Below, piece after piece: positions 1 through 8,869 of a DNA stretch of 64,000 nucleotides. Both the position numbers and the translations under genes were made by a program. Source of the stretch: Lachnospiraceae bacterium (lineage in GTDB: Bacteria; Bacillota; Clostridia; Lachnospirales; Lachnospiraceae). The stretch covers positions 15,790 to 79,789 of the forward strand of contig JAILOV010000063.1 of NCBI GenBank assembly GCA_024690605.1. The letters are read 5' to 3'. Each line of letters starts with the position of its first letter. Within the stretch, counting starts at the first letter, position 1. The notes below the pieces were generated by a model, which worked only from the letters and a program-made list of their open reading frames with translations, was not told the origin of the DNA and searched no databases.

Positions 1-1
1 G

Positions 2-511
2 GATCTTGATAAAGGCACGTGTCCGGGAGATCCCGGTCAGACATTCCCCCGTGGTGTACACACTGCATGCGGACGGCTCCCCGCTGTCAGCGTCCGCATG
101 CAGAAACAGCCGCGGCTCCCGGGACAGGCCGTCCGCTCTCTCCCGCAGCAGGCGCTCCACCAGCTCCGCGATCTGCCCTTTTTCCGTGTTGCCGACAGCC
201 AGATCGACCGTGCCTTCTTCAACAAGCGCTTCCGCGCCGGTCTCGACATAGCATCCCGCCGCGACCACCACGGCCTCCGGGTTGATCTTCCGCGCGCGGC
301 GCAGCATCTGGCGGCTTTTTTTGTCAGCGATCTGCGTCACCGTGCAGGTGTTGACAACATAAACCTCCGCTTTTTGTTCAAATGTCACAATTTCATAGCC
401 CTTTTCCCGGAATTTTTGCAGCAGGATTTCCGTCTCATAGCTGTTGACCTTGCATCCGAGGTTGTGAAATGCGACTCTTTTTCTGGCTTTTTCGTCCGTA
501 TTTTTGAGCAT
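2..511 (-). CDS. mtaB: tRNA threonylcarbamoyladenosine methylthiotransferase MtaB, N-terminal part (runs off window start)
   Basis: Manual translation of the minus strand from ATG at 511: MLKNTDEKARKRVAFHNLGCKVNSYETE...VYVVNTCTVTQIADKKSRQMLRRAR...VVAAGCYV...RTRAFIK, the UPF0004 domain of methylthiotransferases. Not in the ORF track. Confidence 0.88.
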   Translation of the reverse strand, partial: MLKNTDEKARKRVAFHNLGCKVNSYETEILLQKFREKGYEIVTFEQKAEVYVVNTCTVTQIADKKSRQMLRRARKINPEAVVVAAGCYVETGAEALVEEGTVDLAVGNTEKGQIAELVERLLRERADGLSREPRLFLHADADSGEPSACSVYTTGECLTGISRTRAFIKI

Positions 512-519
512 TTTTTCCG

Positions 520-548
520 TTGACTTTTGCTATCTTACCGATTATCAT
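520..548 (+). promoter_or_regulatory. sigma-A-type promoter for the HPr-like gene
   Basis: TTGACT(520-525)-17 bp-TATCAT(543-548), followed by RBS AGGAGG and ATG at 574. Confidence 0.6.
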
Positions 549-573
549 AGGGAAGGAAAGGAGGCGAACACCT

Positions 574-804
574 ATGAAAACCGTAAAGATTTCTCTTAAT
601 TCCATCGACAAAGTAAAGAGCTTTGTCAACGACATCACGAAGTTTGACAGCGATTTTGATCTTGTTTCCGGTCGCTACGTCATCGACGCGAAGTCCATCA
701 TGGGTATCTTCTCGCTCGATCTCTCCAAGCCGATCGACCTGAACATCCATGCGGAAGATGGTGCGGACGATATCATGAAGGCGTTACAGCCTTATCTCGT
801 CTGA
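574..804 (+). CDS. HPr-family phosphocarrier-like protein (76 aa, no His15 motif)
   Basis: VIDAKSIMGIFSL = HPr Ser46 motif; RBS upstream of ATG 574. Confidence 0.8.
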   Translation: MKTVKISLNSIDKVKSFVNDITKFDSDFDLVSGRYVIDAKSIMGIFSLDLSKPIDLNIHAEDGADDIMKALQPYLV

Positions 805-860
805 GCACAGACGCAGGTCTCACCGAATGCCGGTGAGATCATCTTCCACAAGAATCTGCT

Positions 861-890
861 GACCCCGGACATGTGCCGGGGTCTTTTTTT
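861..890 (+). terminator. Rho-independent terminator
   Basis: gaccccggac-atgt-gccggggtc hairpin followed by a T run. Confidence 0.75.
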
Positions 891-896
891 GTCCGC

Positions 897-2144
897 TCAC
901 CCCTGCTCCGGTGCTTCATTGCCCCTGCAGGTCACGATTTCCTCTTCGTCGATCGCCTGACGGGTCAGCTGTGCGAGTTCCTCCTCGATGAGTCGCTCGT
1001 GGCGCATGATCACATCCAGCCTGGGATGCGTCACGGGATGCTTGGCGACAAAGATCGTGCAGCAGTCCTCATAGGGCAGGATTGAGGTCTCATAGGTGCC
1101 GATCCGCTCCGAGATCGTGATGATCTCCTGCTTGTCATGGGCGATGAGCGGCCGGTAGACGGGAAGGGAGCGCACCGCCGCATCCGTGACAGCCAGACTC
1201 TGCATCGTCTGGGAGGCGACCTGACCGATCGATTCGCCGGTGATCAGTCCGATGCAGTCGTTCTTCACAGCCAGTTCCTCGGCGATATGCATCATGCAGC
1301 GCCGCATGATGATCGTCAGCTCATCCCGCGGGCATTTCTCATAGATCGCGAGCTGGATCGCGGTGAAATTCACGACGTGCAGACGGATCGGTCCCGCAAA
1401 ACGGGCGACCAGGCATCCGAGATCGATCACCTTTTGCTTCGCGCGGTCACTGGTGTAGGGCGGCGCGTGGAAATAGACGGCCTCGAGCTCCGCCCCCCGC
1501 TTCGCGATCTGGTAGCCGGCGACCGGCGAATCGATCCCGCCGGACAACAGGAGCATGGCACGTCCCGCAGTGCCCGTGGGCAGTCCGCCGGGACCCGGGA
1601 TCTCCTCCGAAAACAGATTGACCTGTTCCCTGAGCTCCACATGGAACAGGATATCCGGTTCATGCACATCCACGCGGAGTTCCGGCAGCGCATCCAGCAG
1701 TTTCTCGCCGATCGCCGCAGCGACCTCCATGGAATCCATGGGGTAACTCTTGTCCACGCGGCGGCAGACCACCTTGAAGCTCCGTTTCGGTTCTCCTCCC
1801 CGGGCATCGCGGCGAAAGCCATAGGCCATCTCAAAATACCGGATGCACGCCTCTCCCAGCGCTTCGATATCCGGCAGTTTCCGGTCCGTGCGGGGGATCG
1901 TCACGGCAGGGCAGATGCCCAGCACACCGAAAACACGCTGCAGCGCCGCCACGGCGTCGTCAAAGGAAAAGTCCCGCGCAGCTTCCGCATAGAGACGGCC
2001 CGCGATGCAGGTCACGCGGAATTCTCCCACGGCATCCAGCGCGCGTTGCACACCGCGAACCAGTGCCTCCTCAAAGAGATGCCGGTTCTTGCCCTTGACG
2101 CCGATCTCGGCGTATTTGATGATGAATGCCTGATAATCTGCCAT
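897..2144 (-). CDS. thiI: tRNA 4-thiouridine(8) synthase ThiI
   Basis: IIKYAEIGVKGKNR N-terminus, THUMP region, PP-loop LLSGGIDSPVA, ITGESIGQVASQT, EDCC; true start ATG 2144 (MADYQAF). Confidence 0.93.
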   Translation of the reverse strand: MADYQAFIIKYAEIGVKGKNRHLFEEALVRGVQRALDAVGEFRVTCIAGRLYAEAARDFSFDDAVAALQRVFGVLGICPAVTIPRTDRKLPDIEALGEACIRYFEMAYGFRRDARGGEPKRSFKVVCRRVDKSYPMDSMEVAAAIGEKLLDALPELRVDVHEPDILFHVELREQVNLFSEEIPGPGGLPTGTAGRAMLLLSGGIDSPVAGYQIAKRGAELEAVYFHAPPYTSDRAKQKVIDLGCLVARFAGPIRLHVVNFTAIQLAIYEKCPRDELTIIMRRCMMHIAEELAVKNDCIGLITGESIGQVASQTMQSLAVTDAAVRSLPVYRPLIAHDKQEIITISERIGTYETSILPYEDCCTIFVAKHPVTHPRLDVIMRHERLIEEELAQLTRQAIDEEEIVTCRGNEAPEQG

Positions 2145-2149
2145 AACCC

Positions 2150-3358
2150 CTACCTGTATCTTCTGAGTCGGGGAACGATCTCCCCAAGTGCCGCCGCTGT
2201 TTCCCTGAGTTCCTCTTCCGTTGTGTCTCTCGAGAGGCTGAGCCGGATCGTGGAAGCGAGGCAGTCCTCCGGCAGTCCGATCGCCCGGAGCGTCGCTGTG
2301 CCGGGTGTTTTTTTCGCCGCGTGCGAGGAGCAGGCGCTTCCCGCGGACACATAGATGTGCGCGTCCTCCAGTGCGTGCAGCAGCACCTCGGCGCGCACGC
2401 CGGGCACGGACAGGCTCACGATATGCGGTGCGGCCTGCTCCCCGCGGTGCATTTCCTCCGCGGAACATCCGGCCGGCCCGTTGATCCGCACATCCGTCAT
2501 CTGCTCCGTGATCTCCCGGATAAACGCATCCCGCAGTCCGATCAGCCGTCCGGCGAACTGCCGCTGTCCGTCGATCGCCTTCTGTGCCGCCGCCGCCAGA
2601 CCGACCGCCCCCGGCACATTGTCCGTGCCGGACCGGAGACCGTTCTGCTGCCCGCCGCCGAAGAGGATCGGACGGATCTTCGTTCCCTTCTTCACATAAA
2701 GAAAACCGGTTCCCTTGGGTCCGTGAAATTTGTGACCGCTCACCGAGAGCAGATCGATCCCGCATTCCCTCACATCGACAGGCACCTTGCCATAGGCCTG
2801 CACAGCATCCGTATGAAACAGGACGGCGCGGTTCTTTGCCCGGATCGCCCGGCCGATCGCCCGCAGATCCTGGACGGCACCGATCTCGTTGTTGACCGCC
2901 ATCACGGACACCAGCACGGTATCCTCCCGCACGGCCCCTGCCGCCGCCTGCGGGTCCACAAGCCCGCGGTCATCGACCGGAAGGACCGTCACTTCGAAAC
3001 CCTCCTCGGCCAGTGCCTCCATGGTCTTTGCCACCGCCGCATGCTCGATCGCCGTGGTGACCAGATGCCTGCCCCGGCGCGCATTGGCCCGCGCGCATCC
3101 GAGGATCGCCAGATTGTCGGATTCCGTTCCGCCCGAGGTGAAGAGGATCTCCGCGGGAGAGACGCCGAGTGTTCCCGCCAGCGTCTTCTGCGCGTTTTTC
3201 ATCAGCTGCTCCGCCTCATAGCCTTTGCGGTGCATGCTCGACGGGTTGCCGAAATCAACCCGGAAGGCGGCATCCATCGCCGCGAGCACCTCATCATCGC
3301 AGCGCGTCGTCGCTGCGTTATCCAGATAGATCTCTCCTGCCTGTATCATCCTGACCAC
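2150..3358 (-). CDS. Cysteine desulfurase (IscS/NifS family)
   Basis: IYLDNAATT, GNPSS, FTSGGTESDN, SGHKFHGPKG (PLP Lys), SAGSACSS; start GTG 3358 or ATG 3349. Confidence 0.93.
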   Translation of the reverse strand: MVRMIQAGEIYLDNAATTRCDDEVLAAMDAAFRVDFGNPSSMHRKGYEAEQLMKNAQKTLAGTLGVSPAEILFTSGGTESDNLAILGCARANARRGRHLVTTAIEHAAVAKTMEALAEEGFEVTVLPVDDRGLVDPQAAAGAVREDTVLVSVMAVNNEIGAVQDLRAIGRAIRAKNRAVLFHTDAVQAYGKVPVDVRECGIDLLSVSGHKFHGPKGTGFLYVKKGTKIRPILFGGGQQNGLRSGTDNVPGAVGLAAAAQKAIDGQRQFAGRLIGLRDAFIREITEQMTDVRINGPAGCSAEEMHRGEQAAPHIVSLSVPGVRAEVLLHALEDAHIYVSAGSACSSHAAKKTPGTATLRAIGLPEDCLASTIRLSLSRDTTEEELRETAAALGEIVPRLRRYR

Positions 3359-3367
3359 TCTTCCGAT

Positions 3368-4123
3368 CTATTGATCCAATGTGAGCACCAGCCACGACAG
3401 CACGGTCATGGCCGCCGTCTCGGTCCGCAGGATCCTGCGCCCCAGTGTGATCGGCAAAAATCCCGCATCCTGTGCCTTCTGTACCTCATCCCCGGTAAAT
3501 CCGCCCTCGGGGCCGATGAGCACACACACGCGCTGGCCCGGCCGGATCCCGTTCACGATCGCTCTCGTCTCCTCCATGGAGGCGCCCTGCTCCCCGGCGA
3601 GTTCCCAGGGGATCAGCCGTACATCCGCGTCCCCGCAGGAAACAAGCGCTTCCGCAAAGGAGCACGGTGCCTGCACCCGCGGAATGACCGCCCGGTGTGA
3701 CTGCTTGGCCGCCGCCTCCGCGATCCGCTGCCATCGCTCCCGTCTGCTCTCTTTCTTTTTGTCATCCAGCCGCACGACGCTCCGCTCGCAGGCAACGGGC
3801 ACGATCTCAGCCGCTCCGAGCTCGATCGTCTTCTGTATGACGGTCTCCATTTTATCCGCCTTGGGAAGTCCCTGCAGGACCGTGATGTGGCAGGGCAGCT
3901 CGACATCGGCCTCCCTGACGCAGCGCAGCCGGCAGAGCGCCGTGTCCGCCTCGATCCTCTCGAGCACGTAACGGTATTCCGCTGTTTCGCCGGCAAAGCG
4001 CACGGACAGTTCGTCACCGGCACGCAGGCGAAGCACCTGGATCACGTGATGAAAGTTTTCCCCGCTTAACCGGAGATCGTTGTCTCCGTTCCGATCCGTC
4101 TGCTCACAAAAGATCTGAACCAT
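3368..4123 (-). CDS. rsmE: 16S rRNA m3U1498 methyltransferase RsmE
   Basis: HHVIQVLRL, IQKTIELG, AAAKQSHR, LIGPEGGF, LGRRILRTETA; start ATG 4123. Confidence 0.93.
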   Translation of the reverse strand: MVQIFCEQTDRNGDNDLRLSGENFHHVIQVLRLRAGDELSVRFAGETAEYRYVLERIEADTALCRLRCVREADVELPCHITVLQGLPKADKMETVIQKTIELGAAEIVPVACERSVVRLDDKKKESRRERWQRIAEAAAKQSHRAVIPRVQAPCSFAEALVSCGDADVRLIPWELAGEQGASMEETRAIVNGIRPGQRVCVLIGPEGGFTGDEVQKAQDAGFLPITLGRRILRTETAAMTVLSWLVLTLDQ

Positions 4124-4151
4124 GGCTGTTTCCGTCCGAACGTGCTGCCGG

Positions 4152-5186
4152 TTATGCCCGCTTCGCCAGAAGCGAGCACCATTCGCCGAGCGTCTCTTTC
4201 TTTTCGACCGCAAAGCCGGCCGCGCTTAACGCGGCGCTCACCTCATCCGCCTTTGTCTGCAGGATGCCGGAGTAGATCAGTATCCCGTCCGACGCGATAA
4301 GCTCCGGCACGACCGGCGTCAGCGGCACCAGCACATTGGGCAGGATGTTGGCAACGACGATATCGTAGCCTGTCTTCTTCGCGCAAAGGCCCAGAATCTC
4401 ACTGCGGAAGGTATCGTCACCGATCAGATCGCCCTTCAGCGCCCGCATCCGGTCCGCTCCGAATCCGTTTCGGTCCCGGTTTTCATCCGCGGCCAGGATC
4501 GCCAGCGGATCCAGATCCACGCCGACAGCCGATGCCGCGCCGAACATCAGCGCGAGAATGGAGAGCACACCGCTGCCGGTACCGACATCAAGGACCGTCG
4601 ACCCGTCACCGTTTCTCTCCGTGACCGCCCGGCGCAGCGCCTGCACGGCGAGCCTTGTCGTCTCATGCAGTCCCGTGCCGAAGGCCGCTCCCGGATCGAT
4701 ATGCAGCACATGCGCCGCCCGGTCCCGGTCCTCATCGCTCATCTCCTCCCAGGAGGGCAGGACCAGAACATCGTCTATGTAGAATTTATGGAAATACTGT
4801 TTCCAGTTATCCCGCCAGTCGATATCCTCGGTCACCGAGATCGAGATCGTCCCGTCGCCGATATCGGAAAACTGCCGCAGTTCGTCCAGCGCTTCCCGCA
4901 TCCGCGCCTTCAGTTCCTCGGGCGTGACCGTCTCCTCATCCGAGAGCTTCAAACGGTCTTCCTCGATCTCCACAAAGAAATTCAGGCAGGCCAGATCCGC
5001 CTCCCCGTTGTCATCCGCGATCGCCTGTACCGGCGCTTCATCGATGAACAGTTCCTCCAGCTCTCTGCCCGAAAGCGGCACCTTGTCCTCGATCTGTGCG
5101 CCGTAGAGGCCGATATCGGCCATGGCGCTCACAATGATATCCTCGGACGCGGCATTGGTCCGCACCCGGAAACGCATCCATTTCAT
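4152..5186 (-). CDS. prmA: Ribosomal protein L11 methyltransferase
   Basis: WRDNWKQYF, IDPGAAFGTGLHETT, VLDVGTGSGVLSI, DIVVANIL. Confidence 0.93.
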   Translation of the reverse strand: MKWMRFRVRTNAASEDIIVSAMADIGLYGAQIEDKVPLSGRELEELFIDEAPVQAIADDNGEADLACLNFFVEIEEDRLKLSDEETVTPEELKARMREALDELRQFSDIGDGTISISVTEDIDWRDNWKQYFHKFYIDDVLVLPSWEEMSDEDRDRAAHVLHIDPGAAFGTGLHETTRLAVQALRRAVTERNGDGSTVLDVGTGSGVLSILALMFGAASAVGVDLDPLAILAADENRDRNGFGADRMRALKGDLIGDDTFRSEILGLCAKKTGYDIVVANILPNVLVPLTPVVPELIASDGILIYSGILQTKADEVSAALSAAGFAVEKKETLGEWCSLLAKRA

Positions 5187-5207
5187 AACCTCTGTATCCT
5201 CATCGTC

Positions 5208-7421
5208 TCAGTTATCTTTCCGACCGCTGTCGATACCGGTTTTCCCGTTCATGATCGCCATCATCCGCTCCACATCGTAGGGATGGATGACCTCCACGCC
5301 TTCAGGAGCCTCGATCTCTCTGTCCGTGACAATGATCTGTGCCTCTTCCGCGGATTCCGCCTGTTCCGCAGCCGCCATCTCAAAGAAGGAACGCATGTTG
5401 ATGATATCGGTCAGTGAGAAATACGGCGCAAGGAATGCCGCCTGCTCTTCGCCGGCGATCGACTGCCAGCTGTCTCTGGCGATGTTCAGCCAGACCAGTT
5501 CCTCCTGATCGAGATCGATCCCGAAAAGATAGGCGAACCGGCTTTCGGTATCCACGGTGAAGGCGGAGCGAACGGTACACGGCTCATAGACCTGCCCCGA
5601 ATCCCTGACATCGCGCATCATGTAGCCTGTGCGGCAGATGCAGTCATGAAACGTCGTACCGTCGGTGAACACGTTGGCGCAAAAAACCAGATAACGCAGC
5701 TCCGGATGCTTCTTCCGGACCTTGACGGCATCGATATCAAAGTATTCCGAGCCGCCGTAGTAGCCGCTTGTCTGATCCCCGGAAAAGGTGATTGCCCCGG
5801 ACTGGTTCCTGTACATGGTCCGCCAGGAGAACTCCTCCTCCGATCCGTCCCGGTTGATGCCGATCATGGACAGATCGATGTCATTGACCTTTTCCCAGTA
5901 AATGAACGCGCGGACCTTTTTACGGGCTCTGTTATCCGATCCGCGGGCAAAGATCGATCGGATCTTTTCCCGGAGCGACGAGTCTTCATCCGCTTTGTTC
6001 CCGTCGGCAGCCGGTTTCCCCTCCGCCGGCCGTTCCCTGTCACCCGTCTCATCCTCGTCTGTTTCCGTGTTGATCGGGATGTGCGATCCCGTCGGCAGCA
6101 CACCCAGACCGCCGTGGGTCACCGTCTCCTGCAGCGGGAGCGCATAGCGCTCCATCCCCGGCTCGATATAAACCTTACCCAGTCTCCCGCGAAGAACGAT
6201 CTCCAGCTGTTCGCGGACTCTCTTCTGCAGCATCGCTGCCTGCCCCACGCTGATCCGGGATTTTCTGCCGGACACTTCCTTCGGCGTTTCGTAGTGGATC
6301 CGCAACCGGTTGAACTTTGTGAACTGAAAAGTCCTTGTCAGCTCAGGTGTCGGATAACCGTAATTCAGCATCAGCTGGATCAGCACCACGGCGTTGTCGG
6401 TGTCCGTGCAGGCAAGAGCCGCCTCCAGGTCCTCCGGAGAAGAACAGCGGCTGACGATGTAGTTCAGTCGGCGCAGGACAGCCGCGGCCCCTTTTCCCTC
6501 ACGCAGCACGCGGACAGCCTCCGCGATGTTTCCCGCTGCCATCTCCCGCTCAAAACCGGCATAAACGGAGCGGTTTTTCCTGCCCCGCATGGCAATGACA
6601 AATTCGCGCCCCCGGTCCGTTTTCGGCACATAATGGATGTGATGGAGAAGCCCGGCCCAGATCTTTTTCTTCTCACAGCAGGTGCGCAGATCACGGGAGT
6701 TCTCGATCAGACGGTCGATCAGCAGGGAGAGAAATTTCCGGTCGCTGTTTCGCAGATTCAGGCGGTTGATATGAGGCTTCTGATACTTCAGCTGGTTCAG
6801 CAGCTCCACCAGACGGATGACATCGGAGAGCGCCAGCTGATCGGCAAACCGGAGATCCCTGGTGTCGATCAGGAGCCTGACACAGGTATCCTTGGATGCG
6901 ATGGCCGTGATCTCCGGACGATAGTCATAGAAGAACCGCAGCACCAGCCGGTACTGCTGTCTGCTCAGGGGTCTGGTGGAAGCAAGGAGATCGTTTACCG
7001 ATCCCGCAAGGATCTCTCTGGCTTCCCGGTCGGTAACGACCGAAAGATCCAGCGGCTCCGTTTCTTCGTGGAAAGCCGTCCGCTCAAAGACCTCCTCAAA
7101 AAGAGAATGACCGGCCTCCGAAAAATCTCCCGCCCCATAGGTGATGGAATAATGTGCCAGCTGATCCATGAGAAGCAGAAATTCCGGCAGCTGCCGCGGA
7201 GTCTCGGGAAACCCTCGGTAAAAGGGTTCCGTGACATCTTTGCCAAGCCGTGCGGCAACCTCGTCGACGCAGCCGTCCCAGAGCAGTTCCTCGCCCTTTA
7301 CGATGTGGACATTCAGGACACTGGCGAGCGAAAACAGGGTCTCCAGCGGGAAATCCGAAGGTTTCCCGCTGCTGACCAGGATGTGCTTCTGAAAGAGATA
7401 ATCTTTGTAGAAACTATCCAT
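5208..7421 (-). CDS. Large hypothetical protein (~737 aa) with a probable C-terminal TerD-like domain
   Basis: Start ATG 7421 (MDSFYKDY). C-terminal FIYWEKVNDIDLSMIG...ITFSGDQTSGYYGGSEYFDID...YLVFCANVF resembles TerD/TerE-type folds; N-terminal PFYRGFP...DQLAHY. Family assignment is from recollection. Confidence 0.6.
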   Translation of the reverse strand: MDSFYKDYLFQKHILVSSGKPSDFPLETLFSLASVLNVHIVKGEELLWDGCVDEVAARLGKDVTEPFYRGFPETPRQLPEFLLLMDQLAHYSITYGAGDFSEAGHSLFEEVFERTAFHEETEPLDLSVVTDREAREILAGSVNDLLASTRPLSRQQYRLVLRFFYDYRPEITAIASKDTCVRLLIDTRDLRFADQLALSDVIRLVELLNQLKYQKPHINRLNLRNSDRKFLSLLIDRLIENSRDLRTCCEKKKIWAGLLHHIHYVPKTDRGREFVIAMRGRKNRSVYAGFEREMAAGNIAEAVRVLREGKGAAAVLRRLNYIVSRCSSPEDLEAALACTDTDNAVVLIQLMLNYGYPTPELTRTFQFTKFNRLRIHYETPKEVSGRKSRISVGQAAMLQKRVREQLEIVLRGRLGKVYIEPGMERYALPLQETVTHGGLGVLPTGSHIPINTETDEDETGDRERPAEGKPAADGNKADEDSSLREKIRSIFARGSDNRARKKVRAFIYWEKVNDIDLSMIGINRDGSEEEFSWRTMYRNQSGAITFSGDQTSGYYGGSEYFDIDAVKVRKKHPELRYLVFCANVFTDGTTFHDCICRTGYMMRDVRDSGQVYEPCTVRSAFTVDTESRFAYLFGIDLDQEELVWLNIARDSWQSIAGEEQAAFLAPYFSLTDIINMRSFFEMAAAEQAESAEEAQIIVTDREIEAPEGVEVIHPYDVERMMAIMNGKTGIDSGRKDN

Positions 7422-7571
7422 TGAGACCTGCTTTCTGTGCCGGCGATATCGGCAGACTGGATCCGCACGCGACCGGATGGTCCGCAGGAAACCTGCGGGT
7501 CCGACAACGTGCGACGATCGTCCCCGAGACAATAGTTTTTGAAGTAAGCCTGCCTAGCTGCCGGCACAGGT

Positions 7572-7580
7572 ATTGTAGCA
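7572..7580 (-). promoter_or_regulatory. Extended -10 promoter (TGcTACAAT) for the TerD-like gene leader
   Basis: Minus strand reads atatatgcTACAAT just downstream of the dnaJ terminator. Confidence 0.5.
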
Positions 7581-7597
7581 TATATTTCCTTACGGAT

Positions 7598-7636
7598 AAA
7601 GAAAAACAGATCGTTCAGGGAAGAACGATCTGTTTC
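7598..7636 (-). terminator. Rho-independent terminator after dnaJ
   Basis: Perfect aaacagatcgttc / gaacgatctgttt stem followed on the minus strand by TTCTTT. Confidence 0.75.
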
Positions 7637-7650
7637 CGATATCTCATCCG

Positions 7651-8859
7651 CTATCCGAAAAAGCCCTTCTTTTTCTTTTTGCTCCCGGATCCGCCCTTGC
7701 CGCCTCCGCCTGCGTTATCGGGGCCCGGTGCGCCGGGATCGCCGGCCTGTGCCGCTGCCTGCAGCGAATTGCCGGTCAGCTCGTCGAACTGCTTTAACAG
7801 ATCTTTGGCCTCCTTGGAGAGTTTCTCCGGCACCTGCACGATGAGCGTCACATAGTGATCGCCGCGCACATTGCGGTCACGCAGGGAAGGCACCCCCTTG
7901 CCGCGCAGTCTCACACGCGTGTCGGTCGGGGTTCCCGGCTTGACATCATAAGCCACCTTGCCGTCAACGGTATCGACGAGCACCGTGCCGCCGAGCGCTG
8001 CCACCGCATAGGACATCGGCACCGCCGAATAGATGTTGTAGCCGTCGCGCTGGAAGATCGGATGCTCGGAGATGATCACCTCGACCAGCAGGTCGCCGCG
8101 CGGGCCGCCGTTGATCCCGGGCTCCCCTTTTTCGCGGATGCGCACGCTCTGCCCGTTGTCGATGCCGGCAGGGATCGAGACCTGAATCTTCTTGCGGCTG
8201 GCGATATACCCCGTGCCGCGGCAGTCCGGACATTTGTCCTTGACGATCTTGCCGCTGCCGCCGCAGTCCGGACAGGTCTGCACATTGCGCACCGTTCCGA
8301 AAAACGACTGCTGGGTGAACACCACCTGTCCCTTGCCCCCGCATTTGGGGCATGTCTCCGGACTGGTCCCCGGACGGGCGCCTGTCCCCTTGCACTTGGG
8401 ACACGGATCCTTGAGCGTGAGCTCCAGTTCCTTGTCCACGCCGAACACCGCCTCCAGAAACGTGATACGGACGCTGGTGCGGATGTTCGCGCCCTTTGTC
8501 GGCGCGTTGCGGGCCGCCGAGGATCGTCTGGCACCGCCGAAGAAATCGCCGAAGATGTCCCCGAAGATGTCGCCAAAATCCGCGCCCGTGAAATCAAATC
8601 CGCCGCCGCCGAAGCCGCCCGCGCCGTCAAACGCCGCATGACCGAACTGATCATACTGCCTGCGCTTCTCCGGATCGGAGAGCACGGCATAGGCCTCGGA
8701 GGCTTCCTTGAACTTCTCTGCGGCGGAAGCATCCCCCGGATTCATGTCCGGGTGATACTTCTTGGCGAGCACGCGGTAAGCCTTCTTGATGTCGTCCTCG
8801 GACGCGCCTTTGGCGACGCCGAGGACTTCATAATAATCTCTTTTCTGCTCCTGAGCCAT
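7651..8859 (-). CDS. dnaJ: Chaperone DnaJ
   Basis: J-domain with HPD, G/F-rich region, four CxxCxGxG zinc-finger repeats. Confidence 0.97.
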   Translation of the reverse strand: MAQEQKRDYYEVLGVAKGASEDDIKKAYRVLAKKYHPDMNPGDASAAEKFKEASEAYAVLSDPEKRRQYDQFGHAAFDGAGGFGGGGFDFTGADFGDIFGDIFGDFFGGARRSSAARNAPTKGANIRTSVRITFLEAVFGVDKELELTLKDPCPKCKGTGARPGTSPETCPKCGGKGQVVFTQQSFFGTVRNVQTCPDCGGSGKIVKDKCPDCRGTGYIASRKKIQVSIPAGIDNGQSVRIREKGEPGINGGPRGDLLVEVIISEHPIFQRDGYNIYSAVPMSYAVAALGGTVLVDTVDGKVAYDVKPGTPTDTRVRLRGKGVPSLRDRNVRGDHYVTLIVQVPEKLSKEAKDLLKQFDELTGNSLQAAAQAGDPGAPGPDNAGGGGKGGSGSKKKKKGFFG

Positions 8860-8869
8860 TTATTCTTCC

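Noticed and set aside
2145-2765. N-terminal extension of the 622-aa thiI ORF
   Set aside because: It overlaps the cysteine desulfurase in another frame and is Arg/Gly-rich; ThiI homology begins at ATG 2144.
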